Source: an uncultured Bdellovibrio sp. (lineage in GTDB: Bacteria; Bdellovibrionota; Bdellovibrionia; Bdellovibrionales; Bdellovibrionaceae). Taken from it: 64,000 nt of DNA. The notes under the pieces are model-generated. The model did not search any database. It was not told the DNA's origin and saw nothing but the letters and a program-made list of their open reading frames with translations. The stretch's first letter is position 1. Each line of letters starts with the position of its first letter. Where the stretch lies: NCBI GenBank assembly GCA_963932905.1, contig CAWVRN010000004.1, forward strand, positions 96,001 through 160,000. The letters are read 5' to 3'. This document shows, piece after piece, positions 42,326-51,893 of the stretch. A program made the translations under genes and the position numbers.

Positions 42326-43774
42326 TTAACGAGTTTCGATCAAACGAACTATGAATTCTTTTGCTGCCGACGCCATCTGATCGACTTTTTTTTGAGTACT
42401 TGACTCTAGGTAGCAACGAAATTCTGGAGCATTTCCCGATGGTCTAAAATGTACGACTTCGTCATCGGTTGTAGTAATGCGCACTCCGTCCAGCATATTC
42501 ACTCCCGCAACAAGCGCTGCGCCGCCTAGGATTTCTTGTATAACGGTTTTATTGTTGTCTTGAACTTTCTCTAGAATTCTAGCGCTCACTTCCAGTGGGC
42601 AATTCTTAACAAGTACACTAGCCGTGTATTTTTGCGGTAATTGATTAATCAACTCAGAAGGAGTCATTTTTTCTTTTGCGGCCAACGCTAACAATGCAAC
42701 GATCGGTAGCACCGAATCGCGCGTCGGTAATGATTTTAGAACTGAATCTTTTTTAGAAATATTTGATTTTAAAATATAACCACCGTTAGCTTCAAAGCCT
42801 GCCACTTGATCATATTTTTTCGCGAGTTCATCAAGTGCCGCAACGACAAATGGGGAACCGATTTTTGTAAAAACCGTTTGCTTCAGTTGTTTCAATTCAG
42901 AAACTCCAGAATTACAGCTGATCGGCAGCGCTACGGCTTGAATCGATAAATACAAACTAGTGATCATACCCAATTTATCACCCTGAATGATCTGCCCCTG
43001 ATTATCTACAACCAAAGGACGATCGCCATCGCCATCAGTGCTTACCAAAGCATCGGCTTTGTGTTCATCCATCCATTTCTGAAATTGAGCCAAAGAATCT
43101 ACCGCTTCCGTATCCACTGGAATAAACACATCGCTGCGGCCCAAACGTTTTACAGTCGCGCCTAGTTTTTCCAAAATTGCCGGCGCCAAATCACGCGCCA
43201 CGGACGAATGCTCATAAAACAAAACTTTGTAGGAACTTAAATTAATATCTTTGAAAAAATCGACATAGCGCTTAATGAAAAGTTCCTGACACTCCACAGT
43301 GACATCAATAGTAGTCGGAGTAGTTTTCGCTTTAAAATTGCCTATAGAATCGAACAATTCAGTTTTGTAGTTTTCTTCTTTTAATTTCAGGTACTGATTG
43401 AAAATCGCCAAATCATCGTGTTTCAATGTTTCACCAGATTCTAAGTAAAACTTAACACCATTCCGATCTGCAGGAATATGACTGCCCGTGACCATCACAG
43501 CCAATGATGTTTTTTCTTGAGAATAAAAAGCCAAACTTGGTGTTGGCACATCACCACAGCTTAATATAGTTTTGGAATGATCAGCAATCGCATGATGAAC
43601 AGCCTCTAGCATTTTGGGACTGCTGTCGCGTAAATCACGTCCGGTCGAAACAGATTTGGAAATTTTTAGTGTATCAGCGTATTTTAAAAACGCAGAAACC
43701 AACAAGTACACTTGCTGATCTGTAAATTCTGTAACTAAACCTCTAACACCACTGGTACCGAAACTTAAAGCCAT
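42326..43774 (-). CDS. manB: Phosphomannomutase
   Basis: FGTSGVRG, VTGSHIP..RNG, DGDGDR, GFEANGG, RPSGNAPE. Confidence 0.92.
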   Translation of the reverse strand: MALSFGTSGVRGLVTEFTDQQVYLLVSAFLKYADTLKISKSVSTGRDLRDSSPKMLEAVHHAIADHSKTILSCGDVPTPSLAFYSQEKTSLAVMVTGSHIPADRNGVKFYLESGETLKHDDLAIFNQYLKLKEENYKTELFDSIGNFKAKTTPTTIDVTVECQELFIKRYVDFFKDINLSSYKVLFYEHSSVARDLAPAILEKLGATVKRLGRSDVFIPVDTEAVDSLAQFQKWMDEHKADALVSTDGDGDRPLVVDNQGQIIQGDKLGMITSLYLSIQAVALPISCNSGVSELKQLKQTVFTKIGSPFVVAALDELAKKYDQVAGFEANGGYILKSNISKKDSVLKSLPTRDSVLPIVALLALAAKEKMTPSELINQLPQKYTASVLVKNCPLEVSARILEKVQDNNKTVIQEILGGAALVAGVNMLDGVRITTTDDEVVHFRPSGNAPEFRCYLESSTQKKVDQMASAAKEFIVRLIETR

Positions 43775-43881
43775 TTTTTAATCTCTTTGTTAAATTTCCA
43801 ATCTGGCCATTTAAGTATTTTATTCTTCGCTAGGCAATAATTTATTTGATTTTTGCCCTATCCGATATCAAGGTAGTCCCT

Positions 43882-45285
43882 ATGAAAACATTAAAGTTCT
43901 ACTTCTGGATCTCAATGGCGTCGTTAGCACCATTTTTTGTTTTCTTTTTCTTTACGACTCCCCTAGCTGACGACATTTTCTACCATAACTATGCCCAAGA
44001 CAAAACAACTTGGGAGTTTTTAGTTCATCACTACAACACGTGGACAGGGCGGTATTTTTCAAATTTAATGATGGCGGTTAATCCGTTTACCTTAACCAGC
44101 AACACGGCCGTATATCCGTGGATGATGATCGCCCTATTCTTTGTTTTCATCTTGAGCCTATTTTTCCTAGTGCGCACACTCATTAAAATAGGGGGGCGAT
44201 CACCGAAAAATGTGTCCTACTCTGCACTGGCATTTCCCGTGACTATTATTTTAATTGCACTTTTTTTCCACAAAATGCCTCGAGTGACCGACACGTTTTA
44301 TTGGTTTTCGGGTACGTCGTCGCATCTATTGCCAATCTGTTTGCTTTTTGTCTCTATAGGTCTGTACCTAAGAGGCCTACATTTGCCAAACGGTTCCATG
44401 CGCCCACTTTCTGTGGTATTTGTAACATTGGCTAGTTTTATAGTCTCGGGTTCAAACGAAACTCTGGCCGTGCAGTGGATATTCACACTTTTCTTCACGT
44501 TCGTCTACCAGAGACTGATTTTTAATCGCTGTGAACGTGGTCTCATTATACCATTTCTGGCGGCGCTGATTGGTTTTACGATTCTATATTTTGCACCCGG
44601 AAATGCCATTCGCGGTAAAGAGCTGCATGGGGGACATGATATTTTGCTACTTTTAGCTAAGCCCTGGGGATTGATCATTGAAACAACAGTTCGCTATATT
44701 AGTTTGGCCGGCCTAATCGCACTGGTTGCAGTGTTTCCGACTTTAAAAGAGTTCCATCAAAACATATCAGAAAAAATGAAGACAAAACAAAGTCAACTCA
44801 TGCTCGTTGGATTCGGCCTTACTATTTTCGCTCTGACATTTGTTCCTTCGGTTTGGACAATGGGGGGATTGCCTCCTCGTCGAGTGCTTAACAACACTTA
44901 TTTATTTTTTCTGCTCTACGGAACGTTCTTGATTGTTTTGTTTGCAAACAAACTCGGCTTTTTACAGCGATGGTCAGACCGACCGTCGGGAAAAAAGGTA
45001 AATTTTGTTTTTGCGATATCACTGCTGATTTTATTTAATAATTTTTATGCATGGAAAGACTTAGTTAACTTGCCAAAGTATTTAGACTCAGAAAAAAAAC
45101 GACAGGTTATAGTGTCTTCCGGCCAAGGAAAAGACGTGATACTTACCCCACTGGCCTACTTCCCCACAACGTTTTACTACGAGGACGTTCGGACTAATGC
45201 CGAGGACTACCGCAACATTGTCTTCGCAAAATTTTACAATCTAAAAAGCGTAGCACTGTCTCAAGACTACGAAGGCGACAATTAG
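43882..45285 (+). CDS. Multi-pass membrane protein, GT-C-like (DUF6056-like)
   Basis: PLADD after TM1, WTGRY, FYW, GSNE, APGN..R motifs; ATG 43882 chosen as start. Confidence 0.62.
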   Translation: MKTLKFYFWISMASLAPFFVFFFFTTPLADDIFYHNYAQDKTTWEFLVHHYNTWTGRYFSNLMMAVNPFTLTSNTAVYPWMMIALFFVFILSLFFLVRTLIKIGGRSPKNVSYSALAFPVTIILIALFFHKMPRVTDTFYWFSGTSSHLLPICLLFVSIGLYLRGLHLPNGSMRPLSVVFVTLASFIVSGSNETLAVQWIFTLFFTFVYQRLIFNRCERGLIIPFLAALIGFTILYFAPGNAIRGKELHGGHDILLLLAKPWGLIIETTVRYISLAGLIALVAVFPTLKEFHQNISEKMKTKQSQLMLVGFGLTIFALTFVPSVWTMGGLPPRRVLNNTYLFFLLYGTFLIVLFANKLGFLQRWSDRPSGKKVNFVFAISLLILFNNFYAWKDLVNLPKYLDSEKKRQVIVSSGQGKDVILTPLAYFPTTFYYEDVRTNAEDYRNIVFAKFYNLKSVALSQDYEGDN

Positions 45286-45454
45286 AATCAAGATGCTGAT
45301 ACCTTAAAGTGATCTGCTCGCCATGTTAAAGCATCGTCAAAACCGTACCGTTACTTGAGTTTACCTGACTTCCATTGTAGAACATTGCTATATTTTGCGA
45401 CACTTATTTTTATTTGATTATCATACGTATTAGCTGATACTTTCGACATAACTC

Positions 45455-46273
45455 ATGAGTCAATTATTACTAATTATTCCTTGTTACAATGAAGCCGATC
45501 GCATCAATTTAGAAGCATTCAAGACATACTTTGATCGTCTGGACACTAAAAATATCGACTTCCTATTCGCCAATGATGGCTCTAAAGACAACACCTCAGA
45601 ATTAATTCGTAGTTATATATCTAAAAACGGGATGCAGGCGAATTGGTTTGTTTTCGACAACCCAAACAATACGGGTAAAGCCGGCGTTATATACAATGCC
45701 TATCACTGGTCTAAAAAGTATATCCCGTCAAAGACTAGTGCCAAAAATACTGTGACTGTGGATTTCCAAAAAAAAATGGCCATCGGAATTGAAGGCAATG
45801 TCGTACCGACATTGTACGATTGGTACGGCTACTGGGATGCGGATCTAGCGACACCGCTGTTTGAAATCCAAAACATGATACAATTCCGTGAACTATTCTA
45901 CCCGCGAAAAGAAGTTATTTTTGGTAGCCGCATCTTACGCTTGGGAAGTCAGATCGTTCGCAAACCATTACGTCATTATTTAGGCCGCCTATTCGCTACT
46001 GTAGCAGATCTATTGCTAAATATTGGCAGTTACGACAGCCAATGCGGCGCCAAAATCATGAGTCGTTATATGGCTGAAAAAGCATTTGCCGAACCATTTA
46101 TCAGTGGCTGGATTTTTGACATCGAAATCATGCTTCGTGTGGGCGAAAATAATATTACCGAATACCCACTCGTTGAATGGGTCGATGCACCTGGATCAAA
46201 AGTTAAAATATTTAAAGAGGCGTTTCGAATACTTAAAGAACTTTTCGCAATCAAAGCGAAATATAAGCGCTAG
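45455..46273 (+). CDS. GT2 dolichyl/polyprenyl-phosphate glucosyltransferase-like protein
   Basis: IIPCYNEA, NDGSKD, GKAG, WDADLATP, FGSR, RHYLGR, YDSQCGAK, WIFDIE. Confidence 0.88.
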   Translation: MSQLLLIIPCYNEADRINLEAFKTYFDRLDTKNIDFLFANDGSKDNTSELIRSYISKNGMQANWFVFDNPNNTGKAGVIYNAYHWSKKYIPSKTSAKNTVTVDFQKKMAIGIEGNVVPTLYDWYGYWDADLATPLFEIQNMIQFRELFYPRKEVIFGSRILRLGSQIVRKPLRHYLGRLFATVADLLLNIGSYDSQCGAKIMSRYMAEKAFAEPFISGWIFDIEIMLRVGENNITEYPLVEWVDAPGSKVKIFKEAFRILKELFAIKAKYKR

Positions 46274-46675
46274 CTATTTCATAACTATCGATTTACCAAT
46301 CGGCGCTAGCGAAATACCAGCAAGTTTGAAATGCTGAACAGCAAAGGGAATACCGATAATGGTGATCCCTAGCAAAATCCCCCAGAAAATATGAATCAAA
46401 GCCAACCACCATCCACAAAAAACAAACCACAGTATATTGCCGATCATTCCCAGACCGCCCGTTCCAATGTCAGAACCACTTAGCTTTTTTCGATTCACGA
46501 CTTCGGATCCAAATGGCCAGAAGTTCAGCAGCCCAATATTAAAAGCAGCACGAGCCCAAGGAATCCCAACAATTGAAATCAGCATAAAGAACGCCGAAGT
46601 GAACCACGACAGTGCCGTTGTCCACCCGCCGAAGAATAACCATAGCAAATTCATAATTATAGAAGTTGGACTCAT
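46274..46675 (-). CDS. yccF: YccF-domain inner membrane protein
   Basis: Two repeats NxLWxxFxGW...IxGIP.A...PxG. Confidence 0.88.
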   Translation of the reverse strand: MSPTSIIMNLLWLFFGGWTTALSWFTSAFFMLISIVGIPWARAAFNIGLLNFWPFGSEVVNRKKLSGSDIGTGGLGMIGNILWFVFCGWWLALIHIFWGILLGITIIGIPFAVQHFKLAGISLAPIGKSIVMK

Positions 46676-46704
46676 AAAATGTTTCCCTTAACGCGCTGGG
46701 TTTC

Positions 46705-46730
46705 AAAAAGCCACGACGTGGCTCTTTTTT
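46705..46730 (-). terminator. Intrinsic terminator after tal (possibly bidirectional)
   Basis: AGCCAC-gac-GTGGCT stem-loop flanked by A and T runs, directly after the tal stop codon. Confidence 0.6.
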
Positions 46731-47456
46731 TTAAATGCTGAAACCGGCGGCTTCGGAATCGGCTTTGAATGTTTTGATTGTATCTAGGCTTAAATCCCAC
46801 GGGCTTTTGTTGAAGCCATTTATTTTTTTGATGATGTCCGGTGGTGCCGTGATGATGTGGCAACCCGCTTGTTCAGCCTCTACGATGTTAAAAACTTCGC
46901 GAGTCGATGCCCATAGAAGTTCGATATGGTCGCCGTGCGTACGGCAGAAATCAGATGAAGCGCTCATCAACGGATTTGGGTTACGGCCGCTATCAGCGAT
47001 ACGTCCCGCAAACACAGAAACAATTGAAGGCGCACCATGCTTAACCGCCATCACCGTTTCTTGAATCTGGTCCCATGTAAATAGTGCTGTTACGTTTAGT
47101 TTAATCCCCTGGGCTGACAATTCTTTGATTAAAGGAATTGAACTTTCTCCCTTAGAATTCATGATGGGAATTTTTACGTAAACATTCTCGGCCCACTTGT
47201 AGATGATCTGAGCTTGGCGGTGCATTTCTTTGAAATCATCAGCAAACACTTCAAAGCTGATGGGTTTGTCTTTTATATGAGTCAGGATATCTTTGCAAAA
47301 CTCTGTGTAGTTCGTAATGCCAGCTTTTTTCATCAGCGACGGATTTGTTGTCAAACCTTGAACATAAGGATTAGCAGCCATTTCCAGCATTGATTTTTTA
47401 TCTGCCCCATCTGTGTAGATTTTGATTTTATTTTGGAACGGAGATTTCAATTTCAT
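46731..47456 (-). CDS. tal: Transaldolase (short TalC/FSA-type)
   Basis: TTNPSL, ISFEV (Glu), VYVKIP Schiff-base Lys, NVTALF, SVFAGR (Phe), WASTRE. Confidence 0.9.
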   Translation of the reverse strand: MKLKSPFQNKIKIYTDGADKKSMLEMAANPYVQGLTTNPSLMKKAGITNYTEFCKDILTHIKDKPISFEVFADDFKEMHRQAQIIYKWAENVYVKIPIMNSKGESSIPLIKELSAQGIKLNVTALFTWDQIQETVMAVKHGAPSIVSVFAGRIADSGRNPNPLMSASSDFCRTHGDHIELLWASTREVFNIVEAEQAGCHIITAPPDIIKKINGFNKSPWDLSLDTIKTFKADSEAAGFSI

Positions 47457-47482
47457 AAATGCCTCTTTCAATTTTTAAATAA

Positions 47483-48697
47483 TTACTGAGTTAAAATTTT
47501 CTTAGTGATAATTTTGCCAAGCTCGACACCTGGCTGGTTGAACGCATTGATTTTCATGAATTCACCCATCATACCCACGATCAATTGATATGTCATAAAA
47601 TACTGCCCCAATGCAAACTCGTCCATTTTATCAAACTTGATTTCACAAACTGGATGTTTGCTTTCTTTTTGACTCTCCGTCATTGCTTGCGCTTCAGTTT
47701 TTAGCAAATGGCTTAACGGCCGGTTTTTCAATACACTTGTTTCTGGGAATTGAGTTACTTTTAGTTGGTAGTCGTTCTCTTCACTCGATTTAAAACGATG
47801 TACGACAACCGTTTTGCCTAATTGAGTTTCCATCATCTGTTGCAAAATCGAATGCTGATCATTAGCCCCCAAACTAATAATAGGGGCCGTCGCCACATAT
47901 AAGGGTGACTCTTTTTTAGCTAATGATTCCGCCCACAATTGTTCTAACCATTTACCTAACTGAAATGTAGAATCGGAATAGTACCAGAAATACGACAAAA
48001 CGTCTTTACGTTTAAAACTCTCCATAAAAAACTGAGTCATTGGAAACAATGTTCGCTCTTTATATTCCGTTTTCAACGCTGATTCAGCACCATGGCGGAA
48101 TTCAGCTAAGTTGAGCTTACAAAGTTTAATAACCAACTGACCAATGGAACTAAGCACGGAGAAGCGACCACCCACATTCAATGGAATCTCTAGTATAGGA
48201 GCCCCATTTGTTTTTGCCCAGTCATACAAACTGCTTGCTTTAAGTTCTGTGATTACTACTGTTTGGTTTTTTAACTGTAAATTTTCAGCAGCTAATTCCT
48301 GCGCAAAGAAATCCATCGTTGCCAGTGTTTCAATGGTCGTTCCACTTTTAGATACGAACACGAAACCAACATCTTTAAATGAAGAAAATCGTTTCTTAGT
48401 TGCCAACAAAGTTTGAATATCAGGATTTTCTAGGACTTGAATATGATTGACTTTCAATGCCTCGACCATTGCTTTTGGACCTAAGCTGGATCCACCGATA
48501 CCAACCCAAACAAAATGTTTGAATTTATTGGCAAAAGTTTCACCGACTTGTTCGGTCTGACTCCAAAGATGATTCATCTCTGTCAATTTGTAAAAACCGA
48601 TCTCTTTGCGTTCCATCAATTTTTCTAGGCATTGATGAGGTGTGAGTTGACCATTCGCTGCGGTCGCCGGCTGACTTGAAACATAACTGATTTGCAT
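47483..48697 (-). CDS. pgi: Glucose-6-phosphate isomerase
   Basis: GIGGSSLG, SKSGTTIET, VGGRFSVLS, QLWAES, DQHS, FNQPGVELGK; start at ATG 48697. Confidence 0.93.
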   Translation of the reverse strand: MQISYVSSQPATAANGQLTPHQCLEKLMERKEIGFYKLTEMNHLWSQTEQVGETFANKFKHFVWVGIGGSSLGPKAMVEALKVNHIQVLENPDIQTLLATKKRFSSFKDVGFVFVSKSGTTIETLATMDFFAQELAAENLQLKNQTVVITELKASSLYDWAKTNGAPILEIPLNVGGRFSVLSSIGQLVIKLCKLNLAEFRHGAESALKTEYKERTLFPMTQFFMESFKRKDVLSYFWYYSDSTFQLGKWLEQLWAESLAKKESPLYVATAPIISLGANDQHSILQQMMETQLGKTVVVHRFKSSEENDYQLKVTQFPETSVLKNRPLSHLLKTEAQAMTESQKESKHPVCEIKFDKMDEFALGQYFMTYQLIVGMMGEFMKINAFNQPGVELGKIITKKILTQ

Positions 48698-48907
48698 AGA
48701 AATTAACCTCGATATTCCTGAAGAAATTAGCCCAGGAAACGGAATAAATCTACAGGTTTCCCGCCCAATGCGGGTTAGCAAAAAGTTACAGTTTAAAAAA
48801 ATAAATCTGGCATAGGCTGTATTTCTTCTCGAGTGAACAGTTGAAAAGTAACGTGGCAGACGTCCAAATTAACGTCGCCTTATTTTGAGATTTCCTTCAC
48901 GAATCCG

Positions 48908-48934
48908 TTTATCTTCCCCTAGCCTGTCCGATAA
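48908..48934 (+). promoter_or_regulatory. Candidate sigma-28 (FliA) promoter of the four-gene heme/Tat operon
   Basis: TTTA-N15-TCCGATAA versus consensus TAAA-N15-GCCGATAA, upstream of a GGGGAG SD and ATG 48957. Confidence 0.4.
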
Positions 48935-48956
48935 ACTGTAAGGACTCGGGGGAGTA

Positions 48957-51170
48957 ATGAAGCTGTTAGTAACTGTAATATTCTTATCTTTTCAAATTTC
49001 ACTGGTGGCCCTAGCCCAGCAAACAATGGAAGTAACAGAGGCCTTAAAATCGCACCTAATCCTAGCCAAAAAAATCTACGAGCGCACAACAGGGGTAAAA
49101 ATCTCGTTAAAAGATCCTGTCGTTGAACAAATGGCGAAAGAAATAAAAAACAATAACTTCGTGGGTGCCGCTAAAATAGCCACTCAAAGTCCGGCCTTTA
49201 CTAATGTTAGAGCTCGCAATTTTGCACTTCGCCTTTCTAATAAATCTAACTCGGTCGGCGTTGATCTAAATGATATGGCTACCATGATTATCGGTATCAT
49301 ACGCGATGACGAAGACTTTAGAGAAATTATGACATCTAAAAATCACTACCAGATCAAAAACATCACTTACTACAAAAACTATCTAGAATTCAATGCTAGA
49401 AACCCAGCCACGGAGGCCGAAGACAAAATCTTGGATTTGCACGAAAACATCGAAAAAATCAGCAAGCCTCCTTATGTTATGACTACAATCAATGCAGGGA
49501 AAGTGGCAGCCATTAATGCGGAATCCATCACACAAATCGAGAAAAACATCAAAATCTCTGAACAAGGTATTGAACTAAAAGAAAATCCAGATCCAGCCGG
49601 TGTTTTAACTACAAATTATTTTGCGCAATCTCAGTTTTCTGGCGGCACCAATCGTCGAGGCGTTGAATTTGTAGTTAAAAATTTCTTATGCAGTTCGATG
49701 CCCGAAATCGGTAACCCAAATGCTTCAGATGCCTTCGTGGGACGTGACGTTGATCGTTTCGTTGGCGGTAGTAACGCAAATTATGTAAACAATTGTAAAA
49801 GCTGCCACACTGTTATGGATGGTCTACGTAGCGCGTTTGCTAAAGTGGACTACTCCGCTTTTTATCAAGATATGGCAACAGGAAATAACGGTCTTGCATA
49901 CGGTGGCTTTGCCAATCAGCTGGCCGATGCACGCGCCGTGTGGACTGACGTCGATTTCAATCAATCTCCACTTGAAGCAGAACTCAAATCCAAAGGCGCT
50001 AACTCGACCCTAGTCAACAACACGACACAGGCTTACGACCTTGACTACTCATTTCCTTTAAAAAGCACATACTCGGCTGAAACCAGCACAACCTATGCCG
50101 AAAAAAAAGAAAAAATGATTTCAACAATGAACACTAACTTGTTGATCAAAAATGCAGCTGGCGTAGCGGCACCCAACACCACCTACTTATCGATGGCGCA
50201 AAAGTTTAATCGCGTCCTATTGGGCTTAAGTTTTCGCGATGTAGTTTCTGAACTGGCTGCCCGTGCTAATTTGAAAGAACAAATTCTGGTTAACCCAGCC
50301 GCTGCCTACTCCGCTGCGAATACTAAACCAGCATGGTTAGCGGTTAAAAACAATTTACACTATTTCATTTTAACAGCCGATACTTCTATTGGTAGCGCTC
50401 GTGACGAAGTTGCCACTGACAAAAAGACAATTCTTTATGATATTTTCGCTAACAAAACTTTGCCAGCAAATATCACTAAATATAATCAAACATGTTTAGA
50501 TAAATGGGATCAAACAAAAATTGATGCACAGACTACAGAGTCAGCTAAAAATTCAATGAGATTCACCATGTCCCAAGCTTTTTTGATCTGCGATTTGGAA
50601 TTCAGAAAAAACCTATCGTTTATTTCTGAACAACTTCTACTGAAGTTAAAAACCAACGGGGCTCCGGCGGAACTTCAAACCGGTGCTAATGAACTGCTTC
50701 TGATCAACCACGTAAATATGTTTTTTAATGCTGATAGATCACGTCGTGATTATTTCACCCGTTATTTGCAATCGCAAAATCGCATGATTGCATTCGGTGG
50801 AACAAATTTCAATGGTGACACAGGCGTAGTTAACAAAATGAACAACGGCAGTTTTACCTACGGCGCCGAGGTTAAAACAGATGACTTCACAAACTTGGCA
50901 TCGGATTCCTATGGTTGGAGAGGTCCCAATAAAGACGGCGGGTCCGGTATGAATCAATTCGGTCGAATGATTGCTGACTCGCAAGCATTTTCATCATGCA
51001 TGACAAAGAAGATCTTTCAATCTGTTTGCTACAAAGATTTATCAGCAGACCCAAAGCTTTTGAAAAAATGGACCCAGCAGTTTGAAATCAATTACAAAGT
51101 TAAAAATTTAGTCGCAGAAATGGTGGTAAGTAATGATTGTGGTTTGATCAACAAAACGGCAGGTAACTAG
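48957..51170 (+). CDS. Secreted c-type heme protein, DUF1588/DUF1585-like
   Basis: Sec signal ending ALA-Q, TNRRG...FLC, CKSCH heme motif (49794-49808) followed by MD, C-terminal FSSCMTKKIFQSVC. Confidence 0.65.
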   Translation: MKLLVTVIFLSFQISLVALAQQTMEVTEALKSHLILAKKIYERTTGVKISLKDPVVEQMAKEIKNNNFVGAAKIATQSPAFTNVRARNFALRLSNKSNSVGVDLNDMATMIIGIIRDDEDFREIMTSKNHYQIKNITYYKNYLEFNARNPATEAEDKILDLHENIEKISKPPYVMTTINAGKVAAINAESITQIEKNIKISEQGIELKENPDPAGVLTTNYFAQSQFSGGTNRRGVEFVVKNFLCSSMPEIGNPNASDAFVGRDVDRFVGGSNANYVNNCKSCHTVMDGLRSAFAKVDYSAFYQDMATGNNGLAYGGFANQLADARAVWTDVDFNQSPLEAELKSKGANSTLVNNTTQAYDLDYSFPLKSTYSAETSTTYAEKKEKMISTMNTNLLIKNAAGVAAPNTTYLSMAQKFNRVLLGLSFRDVVSELAARANLKEQILVNPAAAYSAANTKPAWLAVKNNLHYFILTADTSIGSARDEVATDKKTILYDIFANKTLPANITKYNQTCLDKWDQTKIDAQTTESAKNSMRFTMSQAFLICDLEFRKNLSFISEQLLLKLKTNGAPAELQTGANELLLINHVNMFFNADRSRRDYFTRYLQSQNRMIAFGGTNFNGDTGVVNKMNNGSFTYGAEVKTDDFTNLASDSYGWRGPNKDGGSGMNQFGRMIADSQAFSSCMTKKIFQSVCYKDLSADPKLLKKWTQQFEINYKVKNLVAEMVVSNDCGLINKTAGN

Positions 51171-51844
51171 TGAAATATTTTAAACTGGTCTTAATTACTT
51201 TAGTGATTTCTCTTAATTTTAACAACTGCTCTAATTTTTCAGAGCCTGTGGCCGATCAATTAATGCTTAGTACCCAGTGCGAAGAAAACTGTGATGATCT
51301 ATCTACATTCAAAGTCGCTAACGACCAAGATGAAAACTTGGACGTACGCCAAGCAGTGGAAAGCTACCTCTCTATTTTGGGAATGAAAGCATCTAATTTA
51401 ACAGCCACGAACTTAAGTAGTATTAACACCGAGAAAAAACGCCGTAAAGCTTTACTCGCGCAAGACCCTGATTATACGAAAGTCAGCACAATCAATATGC
51501 TGTCTCAAACGTCTCTGGCCGGTGAAATATGCCGCGCATTTGTCACAACCGATGGACTAAATTCATCCTTGTTTTCAGGAGTTACGTTTTCGCAAAAGCC
51601 AAATCAAATTCCGTTAAATAATTGGATGAATTCAGTTCACAATTTTGCCCTTCAGGCGTGGGGACGCGCTCTAACAACAGCCGAAACCGACGCATTCAAG
51701 AACTTTATCCAAGCATCAATGACGGAAGCTTCGCGCTCGCCGAACTCGGACAAAGTAGTGGGAACAAATTCGTTAGAATCACTTAATTTAGGTATTATGA
51801 TCTGCACCACTGTTTTAGCATCGCCTGAAGCTAGCAGTTTATAG
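51170..51844 (+). CDS. Lipoprotein, DUF1595/DUF1592-like helical protein
   Basis: Signal peptide with FNNC lipobox; FALQAWGRALTTAE and TVLASPE motifs; GTG start overlaps the upstream TAG. Confidence 0.6.
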   Translation: MKYFKLVLITLVISLNFNNCSNFSEPVADQLMLSTQCEENCDDLSTFKVANDQDENLDVRQAVESYLSILGMKASNLTATNLSSINTEKKRRKALLAQDPDYTKVSTINMLSQTSLAGEICRAFVTTDGLNSSLFSGVTFSQKPNQIPLNNWMNSVHNFALQAWGRALTTAETDAFKNFIQASMTEASRSPNSDKVVGTNSLESLNLGIMICTTVLASPEASSL

Positions 51845-51893
51845 CAAGTAGTTTGTAAGCCGTCATTTCTAGGGGACAAGAGTTGGGGGAAGA

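Noticed and set aside
45286..45454. Intergenic stretch with a GATGCT...AGCATC inverted repeat as a possible ncRNA or riboswitch
   Set aside because: Only a 6-bp stem and no recognisable family motif
50100..50113. A-rich run in the heme-c gene (and similar runs elsewhere) as phase-variation tracts
   Set aside because: Runs of 7-8 A/T are common in this AT-rich sequence and all frames are intact
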